Assembly: GCA_026418625.1 (NCBI GenBank) | Contig: JAOABA010000040.1 | Location: forward strand, 51,978-115,977 | Source: Candidatus Kapaibacterium sp. | Lineage (GTDB): Bacteria; Bacteroidota; Ignavibacteria; Kapaibacteriales; UBA2268 | Length of the DNA stretch: 64,000 bases | Reading direction: 5' to 3' | Shown here: positions 28,215 through 37,065 of the stretch, in pieces | Layout of the letters: each line of letters opens with the position of its first letter | How positions within the stretch are numbered: the first letter of the stretch is position 1 | Notes under the pieces: model-generated | Told to the model about the DNA's origin: nothing | Databases searched by the model: none | What the model saw: only the letters and a program-made list of their open reading frames with translations | Made by a program: the position numbers and the translations under genes

Positions 28215-28958
28215 ATGATTAGGTTTATAACTATATTATTACTGTCTTTAGGGTTATTATGGACTAATTCATTTAGCCAGCCAAAACTTGAAATGGAAGG
28301 TGGTAAAGTATATGATTGGGGTGACGTCAAGCTGAAAGACTCTCCATTGAAGGCAAAAATTAAAATTTATAACAAGGGAAATGAAAAATTAAAAATTTAT
28401 AAAGTTAAACCTGCTTGCGGTTGCACTACTGCTCCGCTTGATAAAGAAGAAATTGAACCCGGAGATTATGCCACACTCGATGTTACATTGAATCTTGGCA
28501 ATCATTCTGGTCTTTTCATTAGACACATTAATATAACTTCGAATGCCCCTGATAATTCTCCTTTAAATTATCAACTTAAATGCAATATCATTGTTCCGAT
28601 TAAATATTTCCCAAGTCAATATATTTCTTTTGGTATGATGGAACTCAATAAAGAAGCAACCGCAAAAGTAGTGCTTACAAATTCAACAGATACTACAATA
28701 ACAATAAAAAATGTAATTTTCTCCCCAGAAAATATGATAGTAAATCTGAAGAATGATACTCAAATTCCGCCAAAAGGAAGTATTGACGTTGAAGCAAAAT
28801 ACTTGCCCAAAAGCAGTGAGCCAGTGATTGGATGGATCCGATTCCAAACTGATAATCCTGAAATTACTGAGGCAGAAATTACTATCAGAGGAATAGTTAA
28901 AGACGGCAGTATGGATATTGCTCCGCCTCCACTTCCTCATCAATCAGGCAAGAAATAA
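28215..28958 (+). CDS. DUF1573 domain-containing secreted protein (two Ig-like modules)
   Basis: Signal peptide, then the hallmark ..VKPACGCTTAP.. motif of DUF1573. Confidence 0.7.
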   Translation: MIRFITILLLSLGLLWTNSFSQPKLEMEGGKVYDWGDVKLKDSPLKAKIKIYNKGNEKLKIYKVKPACGCTTAPLDKEEIEPGDYATLDVTLNLGNHSGLFIRHINITSNAPDNSPLNYQLKCNIIVPIKYFPSQYISFGMMELNKEATAKVVLTNSTDTTITIKNVIFSPENMIVNLKNDTQIPPKGSIDVEAKYLPKSSEPVIGWIRFQTDNPEITEAEITIRGIVKDGSMDIAPPPLPHQSGKK

Positions 28959-28967
28959 ATTAAGGTT

Positions 28968-30116
28968 ATGCCGACAGTTCTAATCAAAACCTTAGAAAAA
29001 AAATTAGAATATCTGGGGAAAAAAATTTTTTATTCGTTATTCAAATTGATATTTAGAAATAAAATTTCTAAAGTTCCATTGGATATCAAACAGATCAAAA
29101 AGATTTTAATAATCAGATATGATAAAATTGGGGATATGATAGCTACTCTTCCAGCGATAGATTGCTTAAAAAGATTAAATCCAGCTTTAGAAATAGATGT
29201 TCTATGCTCAAATCAAAACTATGAAATAATTAGAAACGATGATAGAATTAATCATAAGTTTTTAACAAGAAACAAGCCATTAATTTTATTAAAGGATGCT
29301 TTAAAATTAAGAAAAAATAATTATGATTTGATTTTTTCCTTTGTTTTTTATAAAACAACTCTCGGTGGTTTAATTTCCAATTTTTCAGGGAAAAGAAAAG
29401 CTATAAAGATTTCCATTCAACACAAAGATAGAAGCAAACTATATTCGACTTTTTTCAATATTTTAGTGCCTTCTGAAGATTTTATACAAAGCAAGAGTAT
29501 GCTCGAGGTCCTTTTCAATATGGTCTGCTATGTCTTTGGTATTGATTTCGACTTGAAAAATATCAGACAAAAATTATACATTGATGAAGAAGCAATTCAA
29601 AGAACTAATAAATTTATAAATTCATCTGCAAAGGGGAAATTTATCATAATAAATATTTCAGCTGGTCATCCAATAAGAACTTGGGCAGATGAAAATTTCA
29701 TCAAATTATTGGATTATCTGACAAAAGAATATAAAGATTTAATCTTTGTCATAATATCCTCGCCCGAAGACTATACAAGAGCATTATCTATCTCTTCGAA
29801 TTTTTCCGAAAGGGTATATAGCTTTAATTCAAAATCCATTCTTGATGTTGCTGCTTTAATATCTCGAAGCCAATTTGTTATAAGTCCGGATACCTCAATA
29901 ATTCATTTAGCGTCTGTTTATTCGGTTCCTGTTATAGGTCTTTATTCAAGGTATTCAACAAATATTAATAACTGGGGACCATTCAACATACCTCACAAAA
30001 TATTATTAACCCAGAAAAAAGAAAGTATAAACACGATTCTCCCCGAAACAGTATTCTTTTCTTTTAAAACTTTATTCTCTGAATTATCTTCAGATAAGTT
30101 TAAAGAAAAAAATTAA
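28968..30116 (+). CDS. Family 9 glycosyltransferase (LPS heptosyltransferase-like)
   Basis: ..ILIIRYDKIGDMIATLPAIDCLKRLNP.. at the N-terminus and ..SPDTSIIHLASVYSVPVIGLY.. at the C-terminus, typical of GT9. Confidence 0.75.
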   Translation: MPTVLIKTLEKKLEYLGKKIFYSLFKLIFRNKISKVPLDIKQIKKILIIRYDKIGDMIATLPAIDCLKRLNPALEIDVLCSNQNYEIIRNDDRINHKFLTRNKPLILLKDALKLRKNNYDLIFSFVFYKTTLGGLISNFSGKRKAIKISIQHKDRSKLYSTFFNILVPSEDFIQSKSMLEVLFNMVCYVFGIDFDLKNIRQKLYIDEEAIQRTNKFINSSAKGKFIIINISAGHPIRTWADENFIKLLDYLTKEYKDLIFVIISSPEDYTRALSISSNFSERVYSFNSKSILDVAALISRSQFVISPDTSIIHLASVYSVPVIGLYSRYSTNINNWGPFNIPHKILLTQKKESINTILPETVFFSFKTLFSELSSDKFKEKN

Positions 30117-30199
30117 CTTCCTTTGGCATAAGTATTGCTAAAACATAAAGTTCAGTAAATAATTGACGATATTAATATATTCGGCAAAGGGAAAAGAAT

Positions 30200-31648
30200 A
30201 TGAAACTAATAAAATATATCTTAATTTTTTTGATGGGTTTCAATCATTTGGCTCATTCTCAAACTTTGAAATTTATAAGGACTGACGTAGAGCCAGCCAG
30301 AGAGGGTTTTGTAACAGCCACATATATTTTTGGTTTGGATGTTTATGCAGATAATATTAAAAACTGCACTGGTGTTACATTTGAGTTAAGACATAACCTT
30401 CCTGAAATTCTAAAATTATCGGATTGGTCCTATGGGGACTTTGGTGAAAAAGGCTCTGCTGTTGTAATTCACGATATTGACACTTTAACTAAGCAAGGTA
30501 GATTATATGTCGGTGTCCTTTCCGGTGAACCGGTAGGTTTTACAGGGCTTGATAACCCTAAACTAATTCATCTTGAATTTGCAGTAAGCCAAGCAGCACC
30601 CCACGGGACCGAACTAAACTTTGATGTAATTAACTCAAAAGCAGTTATTTACGATGGTTTAGCAGGAAAAATCAGGGATATCTATGTTCCCTCTTTCAAA
30701 TACAAAGTTCACGGTTTTACCGATGTCTGGCCCGGAGATGCTGATAATAACGGGGTTGTTGATACTCGCGATATAGCAACAGTTGGTCTTTATCTTGGTT
30801 ATGGATTATCAAAAGAAAATTTCAGAAGCTTCAAAAGAGATAATCCAAGCACTTTTTGGACAAAACAGAGAGCTTTATGTTGGGATAGTCTGGAAGTTAC
30901 CTATGCTGATTGTGATGGAAACGGAGACATTAACATTACCGATATGCTTATTATACCTTTAAATTTTGGGAAAGTAGTTGAAAATCCTAATAATAAAAAT
31001 AAACCTCAACCCATAATTAAAAATAATAAAGAGTCTTGTGATTTTTATGAATCAAACAGAACTCCAATCATAACTTATCTTCCAGAACCTGTTATAGGGG
31101 TTGTCGCACGCATTGATTGGAAGCTTTTAAGAAATAACTTTTTATGTATTGAGGATAACATTTTATTTGGCTCAGAACAATACTCTTATATTAATGAGCA
31201 TAGCGATTTATATCAAACTGATTTTCTATTAAGTTCAACTTCAAAAAGTTCTCTACATCAAGGATATACAACTATTGGGTGGGTTCGCTCTAATATATCT
31301 GGCGATACTCAAGGAATGTTCGAATTGTGTGATGCTAAAGGTGTAACTTCTGAAGGAAGAATTATCCCATTAAAATTATCCACAACTTCCGTTGATGACA
31401 ATTACTTTAGTGAAAATAATAAAAATCTTATTGTATCAGATGGTTTCTTGAATTTAAGCATTAAAGAAGACAATCAGATAGAGTCAATAGAAATTTATGA
31501 TTTAATTGGTAGTTTGCTGACTAAAGAGAGAAAAATTTATAATCAGGGTCAGATAAAATTCGATGTGTCAATATTAGCCTCTGGTTATTATTATGCAATA
31601 CTGAAATTTAATAATCATAACGAAATAATAAAATTCCTTAAAATTTGA
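30200..31648 (+). CDS. T9SS-secreted protein with cohesin-like N-terminal module and dockerin-like Ca-binding repeats
   Basis: Signal peptide. Two EF-hand-like repeats (DADNNGVVDTRD and DCDGNGDINITD). CTD ..IEIYDLIGSLL..ASGYYYAILKFNNHNEIIKFLKI. Confidence 0.55.
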   Translation: MKLIKYILIFLMGFNHLAHSQTLKFIRTDVEPAREGFVTATYIFGLDVYADNIKNCTGVTFELRHNLPEILKLSDWSYGDFGEKGSAVVIHDIDTLTKQGRLYVGVLSGEPVGFTGLDNPKLIHLEFAVSQAAPHGTELNFDVINSKAVIYDGLAGKIRDIYVPSFKYKVHGFTDVWPGDADNNGVVDTRDIATVGLYLGYGLSKENFRSFKRDNPSTFWTKQRALCWDSLEVTYADCDGNGDINITDMLIIPLNFGKVVENPNNKNKPQPIIKNNKESCDFYESNRTPIITYLPEPVIGVVARIDWKLLRNNFLCIEDNILFGSEQYSYINEHSDLYQTDFLLSSTSKSSLHQGYTTIGWVRSNISGDTQGMFELCDAKGVTSEGRIIPLKLSTTSVDDNYFSENNKNLIVSDGFLNLSIKEDNQIESIEIYDLIGSLLTKERKIYNQGQIKFDVSILASGYYYAILKFNNHNEIIKFLKI

Positions 31649-31730
31649 AAAATTCTAATTTTTTCGCTTTTTTTGTTTTTATACAACCTCGAAGACAGGA
31701 ATCTCTTCATTACTTCAAACCACTTGCATC

Positions 31731-31864
31731 CGAGGCTGTGTAAAAACTGGTCATTCTAAGGCGAAGGCGAAGAATCCATATCATTTAAGTCATTGAATTA
31801 TAATAGACTCTTCAATTCGTTCAGAGTGCCTAATAACTACTTTTTATACTTTTTACACAGTCTC
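31731..31864 (+). mobile_element. MITE-like element, copy 1 (~135 bp, terminal inverted repeats)
   Basis: 5' CGAGGCTGTGTAAAAAC.. and 3' ..ACTTTTTACACAGTCTC are reverse complements. The core ..CGAAGGCGAAGAATCCATATCATTTAAGTCATTGA..GACTCTTCA.TTCGTTCAGAGTG.. is shared with copies 2 and 3. Confidence 0.6.
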
Positions 31865-31946
31865 ATCCGCAGGAGTGACACTCTAAACTTATTTGTCATT
31901 CCTTGCTTGTCAAGGAATCTCTTCATTACTTTAAGAATCCAGTATC

Positions 31947-32081
31947 CGAGGCTGTGTAAAAAGCAGTCTTTCTGATTCGAAGGCGAAGAATCCATATCAT
32001 TTAAGTCATTGATAAATAATAGACTCTTCACTTCGTTCAGAGTGACTAATAACTACTTTTTATACTTTTTACTCAGCCTCG
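31947..32081 (+). mobile_element. MITE-like element, copy 2
   Basis: 5' CGAGGCTGTGTAAAAAGCA and 3' TACTTTTTACTCAGCCTCG match as reverse complements over about 17/18 nt. Same core as copy 1. Confidence 0.6.
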
Positions 32082-32178
32082 AACACAGGAATCTCGTATT
32101 ACTTTATAAACAACCCCGTTTGTCAGAATAACAGTCCATAATTTAACCTATTTTCAATTTGATTTTACATTATTTTTT

Positions 32179-32198
32179 CTCGCAGAGACCGCAGAGAG
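32179..32198 (-). repeat. Short dispersed motif CGCAGAG-RY-CGCAGAGAG, copy A
   Basis: ctCGCAGAGACCGCAGAGAG matches the reverse complement of 37023-37040 at 16/18 positions. A third CGCAGAG lies at 32210. Confidence 0.5.
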
Positions 32199-32260
32199 AA
32201 AGTAGAGTTCGCAGAGATTTCACAACGTTCTCTACCTGACACAGAAAAAAATTGAGTTTG

Positions 32261-32302
32261 GTTAAAAATTAAAAACCCTCTCAGTTTAAGCCTGAGAGGG
32301 TT
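32261..32302 (-). terminator. Intrinsic terminator of the 32326..33594 gene
   Basis: Perfect 11-bp stem AACCCTCTCAG-tttaagc-CTGAGAGGGTT, followed on the minus strand by TTTTTAATTTTT. Confidence 0.75.
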
Positions 32303-32325
32303 GATATTTAGTGCTTTGTAAAATG

Positions 32326-33594
32326 TTATTTTACAATTTGCATAGTCTTGGTGATTGAATGAATACCAGACTTTAATGTATAGAAATAAGCTCCCGAAGG
32401 AAGATTTGTAACATCAAATGGAACAGTATAGCTTCCGGGAATCATATAATTATTTACCAAGACAGCAACTTCCTGACCCATACTATTGTAAACTTTCAGA
32501 CTGACATCACCGGAATTTTCAAGGGCAAAATCAATATTTGTTGAGTTAAATACTGGATTTGGAGTATTTTGGTTTAATGTAAATGGCTGTGCCTCATAAG
32601 AATTAGCCCTAACGCTTAATTCACCTTCGTATGTTCCAACTAAAATCATTGAAAAGTTTTGTCGAACATATTGACCGTTTAATGGTTTAAACTTTTGATC
32701 ATAAGGCGGTTGCCAGGTTCTATACCATAAAAATGTGGATTCTACAGTGTCAGAGAGGCCGTTTTTTCTAATTATGGTGGCATAGGTTTCTTTACGTGGT
32801 AATTGCCATTCAAATCCGCCAAGCATACGAACAGAATCTCTTAAAGGATTGGAACCGGCTGAAAACATAAGGAATCCAAAATTATTACCGGCTTCGATAA
32901 CTATAGGTTTTGGTAATTTTAAAATAACTCTGTAACGCTGAACTTGACCGCCTCCGATATCTTTCAAGCGTGAATTGATAGTATCTTTTGGAATTTTAAT
33001 TTGATCTCCAAGTTCTTGGTAATCCACATTGTTTAAATCAAATCTAAATCCATTCCAAGAACTAGTGTCATTTATGTTAATGCTGGGTAATGAAATTGGA
33101 TAGAGCCAGAAATCACTTGTAAGATCAGGTCTTACTAATAATTTAAAGAGATCAAGTGCGATTGTATCAATAGTAAGTTTACCGGGCAATGCAGGATGGA
33201 ACTGTCCAAAGCCATAAGCATTTCCCCAGCTTCCTAATGAGAAAGGATAATCATAAAAGCCTGTGAATGTCCATATCTCATTTGGGTCCTGAAAATTTGG
33301 GTTAGGTGGATAAATAAAAGCCGAATCGCTCGTATCCTTTAATGTAAAAATAAAAACTCTTTGCGAAGCCTGAATATCGTAGAAAAGAGATGAAGCTTTT
33401 GTTTTAATTGGTTGAATGGCTTCGGGGTTTAACTCTGCCTCAGTGTGAATCTGTGGTAACAAATATTCCCTAACGCTATTGTCTGGAACTTTAGAAATGT
33501 CTCCCTTGAGTGTGTTGATCATTACTCTGGTCTGCTGTGAATAAGCAACTGTAGCTGCAAGTAATAAAAGTGCGATAAAGTATAATTTTTTCAT
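32326..33594 (-). CDS. Hypothetical T9SS-secreted protein
   Basis: Signal peptide MKKLYFIALLLLAATVAYSQ. CTD ..TPNPVFNSTNIDF..VYNSMGQEV..PSGAYFYTLKSGIHSITKTMQIVK. Confidence 0.6.
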   Translation of the reverse strand: MKKLYFIALLLLAATVAYSQQTRVMINTLKGDISKVPDNSVREYLLPQIHTEAELNPEAIQPIKTKASSLFYDIQASQRVFIFTLKDTSDSAFIYPPNPNFQDPNEIWTFTGFYDYPFSLGSWGNAYGFGQFHPALPGKLTIDTIALDLFKLLVRPDLTSDFWLYPISLPSININDTSSWNGFRFDLNNVDYQELGDQIKIPKDTINSRLKDIGGGQVQRYRVILKLPKPIVIEAGNNFGFLMFSAGSNPLRDSVRMLGGFEWQLPRKETYATIIRKNGLSDTVESTFLWYRTWQPPYDQKFKPLNGQYVRQNFSMILVGTYEGELSVRANSYEAQPFTLNQNTPNPVFNSTNIDFALENSGDVSLKVYNSMGQEVAVLVNNYMIPGSYTVPFDVTNLPSGAYFYTLKSGIHSITKTMQIVK

Positions 33595-33756
33595 AAAATA
33601 CCTAAAAAATTTGATATTAATAATTAATTAAATTTCTTTTTCTTTTAAACAATGTAATGACACATTTATTTGTTATTTAGTTACATCATTTAAAAATTAC
33701 AAACAACAAAATTAATATAAATAAATTGAAATGCAAAGAATGAGTTAAGAGTTTTT

Positions 33757-34602
33757 TTATTTGTCAAATTTTGCAACTGCGAAAAGCTCAACAGCTGTTG
33801 TTGCCTGATAAAAATATTTTAAGAAATTAGTAAAAGAAGGGTTATTATCAAAAGATTGGCTAAAAATTAATTGAGATTGCCAAAAAGCCTTGCGAGTCAG
33901 TCTTGTGTTTGGTCTCCTTTTTTCAATTTTTTGCACATCAAAGCCTTGACTCGAAAGCAAAAAATTTAGAGATTTATGAGAAAAATGAAAATAATGATTC
34001 TGTGGTTGAAACCATATCCAGCGGCTTTTCAATATTTTAGACCAAAGAGAATCAAATGCTGGGACTCTAATAAATAAGTATCCATCAAGTTCGAGCTTGG
34101 ATTTAAGTAAATTAATAAATTTTTTTGGTTCGGGATTATGTTCAAGTGAATGCCAAAGAGTGATTATATTAAACTTTTCCTTGATATCCTCAATATCCTT
34201 AAAAACATTAAGTCCAATTTTAGAGCAATAATTCCTTGCTGTTTCAGAAGGCTCAACTCCGGTAACATCATAGCCAATTCTTCTGGCTTCGTCAAGGAAA
34301 AAGCCTTTATCGCAACCAATATCTAATAATTTTGCCGGGGCTTTAAAATATTGACTTATTTCTCCAAGCAAAGAGAATTGCTCAGGGATACGTGCGAGCC
34401 TTCTCTTTTCGGTAACAATGAAATCAGATTCGGTTATTTTGTATGACTTTTGATAATAATTTTCCAGAGCATCTTTTTCTGGAATTTCAGAATTGAAGTG
34501 AATATCGCAAACAGGGCAGTAAAATAATTTAATTTGACCAAATGTTTTTTTTGTTAACTCATTTGAATTGCATATAAGGCAGCTATTTACTTCTATGCTC
34601 AA
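33757..34602 (-). CDS. Class I SAM-dependent methyltransferase with N-terminal Zn-ribbon
   Basis: CLICNS..(13)..CPVCDIHF four-Cys ribbon. Motif I is LLDIGCDKGFFLDEA. Confidence 0.75.
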   Translation of the reverse strand: MSIEVNSCLICNSNELTKKTFGQIKLFYCPVCDIHFNSEIPEKDALENYYQKSYKITESDFIVTEKRRLARIPEQFSLLGEISQYFKAPAKLLDIGCDKGFFLDEARRIGYDVTGVEPSETARNYCSKIGLNVFKDIEDIKEKFNIITLWHSLEHNPEPKKFINLLKSKLELDGYLFIRVPAFDSLWSKILKSRWIWFQPQNHYFHFSHKSLNFLLSSQGFDVQKIEKRRPNTRLTRKAFWQSQLIFSQSFDNNPSFTNFLKYFYQATTAVELFAVAKFDK

Positions 34603-36059
34603 TTTACCCCTCTATCTTTACTCGTTTTGAAATTAAGATATTTTGCCAAATTTGAACTTAATTGCTCTTTAAGTGGGATTGAAACCAAAGAAAAGATTTT
34701 AACATTTTCACCTTTTTTGATATAATATGTATTAATAATAAAAAATATCATAGCAATAGGCATCCAAAGCCCGATGGTAACTAAATTATTTCCTGTAATA
34801 AAATTTATTTCAAATAAAAGAAGCATAATATAAAAAGACATACCCGCAATTCGTTTCTCATCATCATCAAGAAATGATAACTTTTGGGGATTTTTTATGA
34901 AAAAGGCAGTTATGGCAAGAAGGATTGCAAACATACCAACAAAACTGAAGAAACCGAAAAGTCCCATCTCAGCCATTGCAGCAAGAAAACCAAAATCACC
35001 AAATTCAATGTCCTTGCCTTGATAATACGTCAAACCTAAGCCAACACCAAAAATTGGATTTTCTTTCCAGATTTCGAAGCTTTTGCCGCCGGATTCGAGC
35101 CTAACACCAAATGATTCCCCGGGCGTTGCTATTGAAGTCTCAGAACCCCATTCGGCAATGCCTGTAATTCTTTTTTCAAATAATTCTATAATGCTAATTT
35201 GAGTATAAGATTTCACAGCGAAGTCTGTAATAAAAATAACTATGACCGCAAAAATCGCAATTTTCCATACTTTCGTATAATTTTTCACTTTTTCTAAAAG
35301 GAAATATCCACCAACGACTAATGCTAAACCAACAACTCCAGTCATTGAATAAGCTATTAGTAACCCAACAACCGAAAAAGCAAGAAATATATACGTTATT
35401 GTTTTTGACTTGAAAAAAGGTTGCCGACCTTGCAGCCAAGGAACGAAGATGAATATAAACATATAAATATTGAATAAAGCTAATGCAGAGGGTTCCGAAA
35501 AAATTGAAGTTGCCCTGAAAAAATCGCCGTAACTGAGACTTAACTGCCTAATCATTGAAGGGTCAGCTTCAGTTTCGGATTTTGGCACAAAGCTGACATT
35601 CGTGTAATCTATCCACGCAAGAGGAAGGTCATAAGCTCGTGCAACAATTTGATAAGCTGCGAATAAGTTGATGAATAAACCTATAATCAACCAAGTCCTG
35701 ACAACATTTGTCCAAGTTCTGGTTTCAACTGGATAGAACGAATTGACAACAGCAAAAAAAACAAGGAAAATAAAATGAATTGTCGTTTTAAAATTCTGTA
35801 ATAAAAGTTTTGGGTCGCCAGATATAATAACAGGAATGGTAGTAACGATTGCTGCAAATAAAATGAAAGCCAAAGAAAAGACAGCAATATTTGGAACAAA
35901 TTTTATCTTAATTCCGTCCCAGATTAATTTTTTAAAAAATACGAAAAAGCACAAAGCAAGGCTTAAATCTATCGCCGTAACGCCATAATTCAGAACTGAA
36001 AAAATCTGAAACGGCGTCAGAAAATATGATATAAAAACCAAAATTATTGCTATGTGCAT
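34599..36059 (-). CDS. O-antigen ligase/polymerase-like polytopic membrane protein
   Basis: 486 aa, about 11-12 TM segments with one larger loop. Overlaps the downstream methyltransferase start by 4 nt. Sits in an LPS/glycan context. Assigned from architecture and context only. Confidence 0.55.
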   Translation of the reverse strand: MHIAIILVFISYFLTPFQIFSVLNYGVTAIDLSLALCFFVFFKKLIWDGIKIKFVPNIAVFSLAFILFAAIVTTIPVIISGDPKLLLQNFKTTIHFIFLVFFAVVNSFYPVETRTWTNVVRTWLIIGLFINLFAAYQIVARAYDLPLAWIDYTNVSFVPKSETEADPSMIRQLSLSYGDFFRATSIFSEPSALALFNIYMFIFIFVPWLQGRQPFFKSKTITYIFLAFSVVGLLIAYSMTGVVGLALVVGGYFLLEKVKNYTKVWKIAIFAVIVIFITDFAVKSYTQISIIELFEKRITGIAEWGSETSIATPGESFGVRLESGGKSFEIWKENPIFGVGLGLTYYQGKDIEFGDFGFLAAMAEMGLFGFFSFVGMFAILLAITAFFIKNPQKLSFLDDDEKRIAGMSFYIMLLLFEINFITGNNLVTIGLWMPIAMIFFIINTYYIKKGENVKIFSLVSIPLKEQLSSNLAKYLNFKTSKDRGVN

Positions 36060-36183
36060 TATTAACTAATTTTTTTACAAAAACCAAAAAACAAAACTAA
36101 CTTTGTTATCAATTAAATAAAAGAAATAAATCATTTTTTTTTAATTTGCTTTTTTGTTTTTTTAGCTTTGAGTTTTTCAGAAA

Positions 36184-37002
36184 TTGACACAAGAGAACAT
36201 AAATTACAGTGACTTTCCAGAACAAAAATTAAGCGGCAGATTAAAATTTTCCTATGACAACCTTCCTGATAAAATTGAAAAGCTACTCGATGCTGGTTGC
36301 TCTTATGGCTACGGAACAAAGTATTTTTCAGAAAAGAGCAAAGAGACTTACGGTATTGATATTTTTGAAGAGCATATTAAAATCGCTAAAGCAAAATACC
36401 CAAATATCAACTTTTTTTGCAAAGTAACCGAAGACACTGGTTTTGAGGCAGAGTTTTTCGATGCAATTGTCTTCAACGATGTTCTCGAGCATACAAAAGA
36501 TAAAATAAAGTCCCTTTCTGAATTATTCAGAATACTTAAAAAAGATGGAACTATAATTATTTCCACTCCAAATAAAGGTTTGTTTGGTTTTCTTGACCCT
36601 TATAATTATGGTTACTATTTAAGAAAGCTGTTTCCATTTGTCTATAAGTTTTTATATAAGATTATCAGGTTTTTCAAGGAGGGAAAAATACCAAAAGATT
36701 ATAATCCCGAACATCTTGAAAAGCATTACCACTATTCCTTAAAAGATTTAATACAAATGCTTGATAGTTCCAATTTCAAAGGAAATTATGAAATAAAAAA
36801 AGTTTTCAGGTCTGGACTTTTCATTGAAGTATTTACGATGAATTTGGAAGTTTTTTTGAGTATATTTCTCAAGAAAAAAATCAGGGATATTATATTAAAG
36901 CCATTTGTTTGGCTCTCTGAGCAAGATTACAAGATCCCTTATGGGATTTTTGCTTACAATATCGCAATTGTGCTTCAAAAGAAAATCCCTGAAAAAGGAT
37001 AG
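36184..37002 (+). CDS. Class I SAM-dependent methyltransferase
   Basis: TTG start. Motif I LLDAGCSYGYGT, then ..DAIVFNDVLEHT.. and ..LKKDGTIIIS.. Confidence 0.75.
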   Translation: MTQENINYSDFPEQKLSGRLKFSYDNLPDKIEKLLDAGCSYGYGTKYFSEKSKETYGIDIFEEHIKIAKAKYPNINFFCKVTEDTGFEAEFFDAIVFNDVLEHTKDKIKSLSELFRILKKDGTIIISTPNKGLFGFLDPYNYGYYLRKLFPFVYKFLYKIIRFFKEGKIPKDYNPEHLEKHYHYSLKDLIQMLDSSNFKGNYEIKKVFRSGLFIEVFTMNLEVFLSIFLKKKIRDIILKPFVWLSEQDYKIPYGIFAYNIAIVLQKKIPEKG

Positions 37003-37022
37003 CATTTTGCGGTCTCAACGAG

Positions 37023-37040
37023 CTCTCTGCGACCTCTGCG
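37023..37040 (+). repeat. Short dispersed motif (CTCTCTGCGACCTCTGCG), copy B
   Basis: Reverse complement of the 32181-32198 motif (16/18). Lies between convergent genes. Confidence 0.5.
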
Positions 37041-37065
37041 TGAAATATTTTTAAACTAAAACAAA

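Larger units (their letters stand above)
31681..32110. repeat. Composite tandem repeat array, period 216 bp (about 2 units)
   Basis: CGAGGCTGTG occurs at 31731 and 31947, and AGAATCCATA at 31771 and 31987, both offset by 216. The spacer motif CAGGAATCTC(T/G)T(C/A)ATTACTT occurs at about 31695, 31911 and 32084. Confidence 0.8.

Noticed and set aside
31837-32031. Small minus-strand ORFs (31837..32031 and 41176..41424) sharing the peptide MKS(L/P)LFINDLNDMDSSPS
   Set aside because: The shared peptide is a by-product of nucleotide-level conservation of the MITE-like core. The ORFs diverge as soon as they leave the repeat and have no SD.
31681-32110. Possible CRISPR array (regularly spaced repeats)
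   Set aside because: The repeat unit is about 135 bp with terminal inverted repeats, far longer than CRISPR repeats. The 'spacers' are themselves repeated. There are only about two units and no cas genes in the window.
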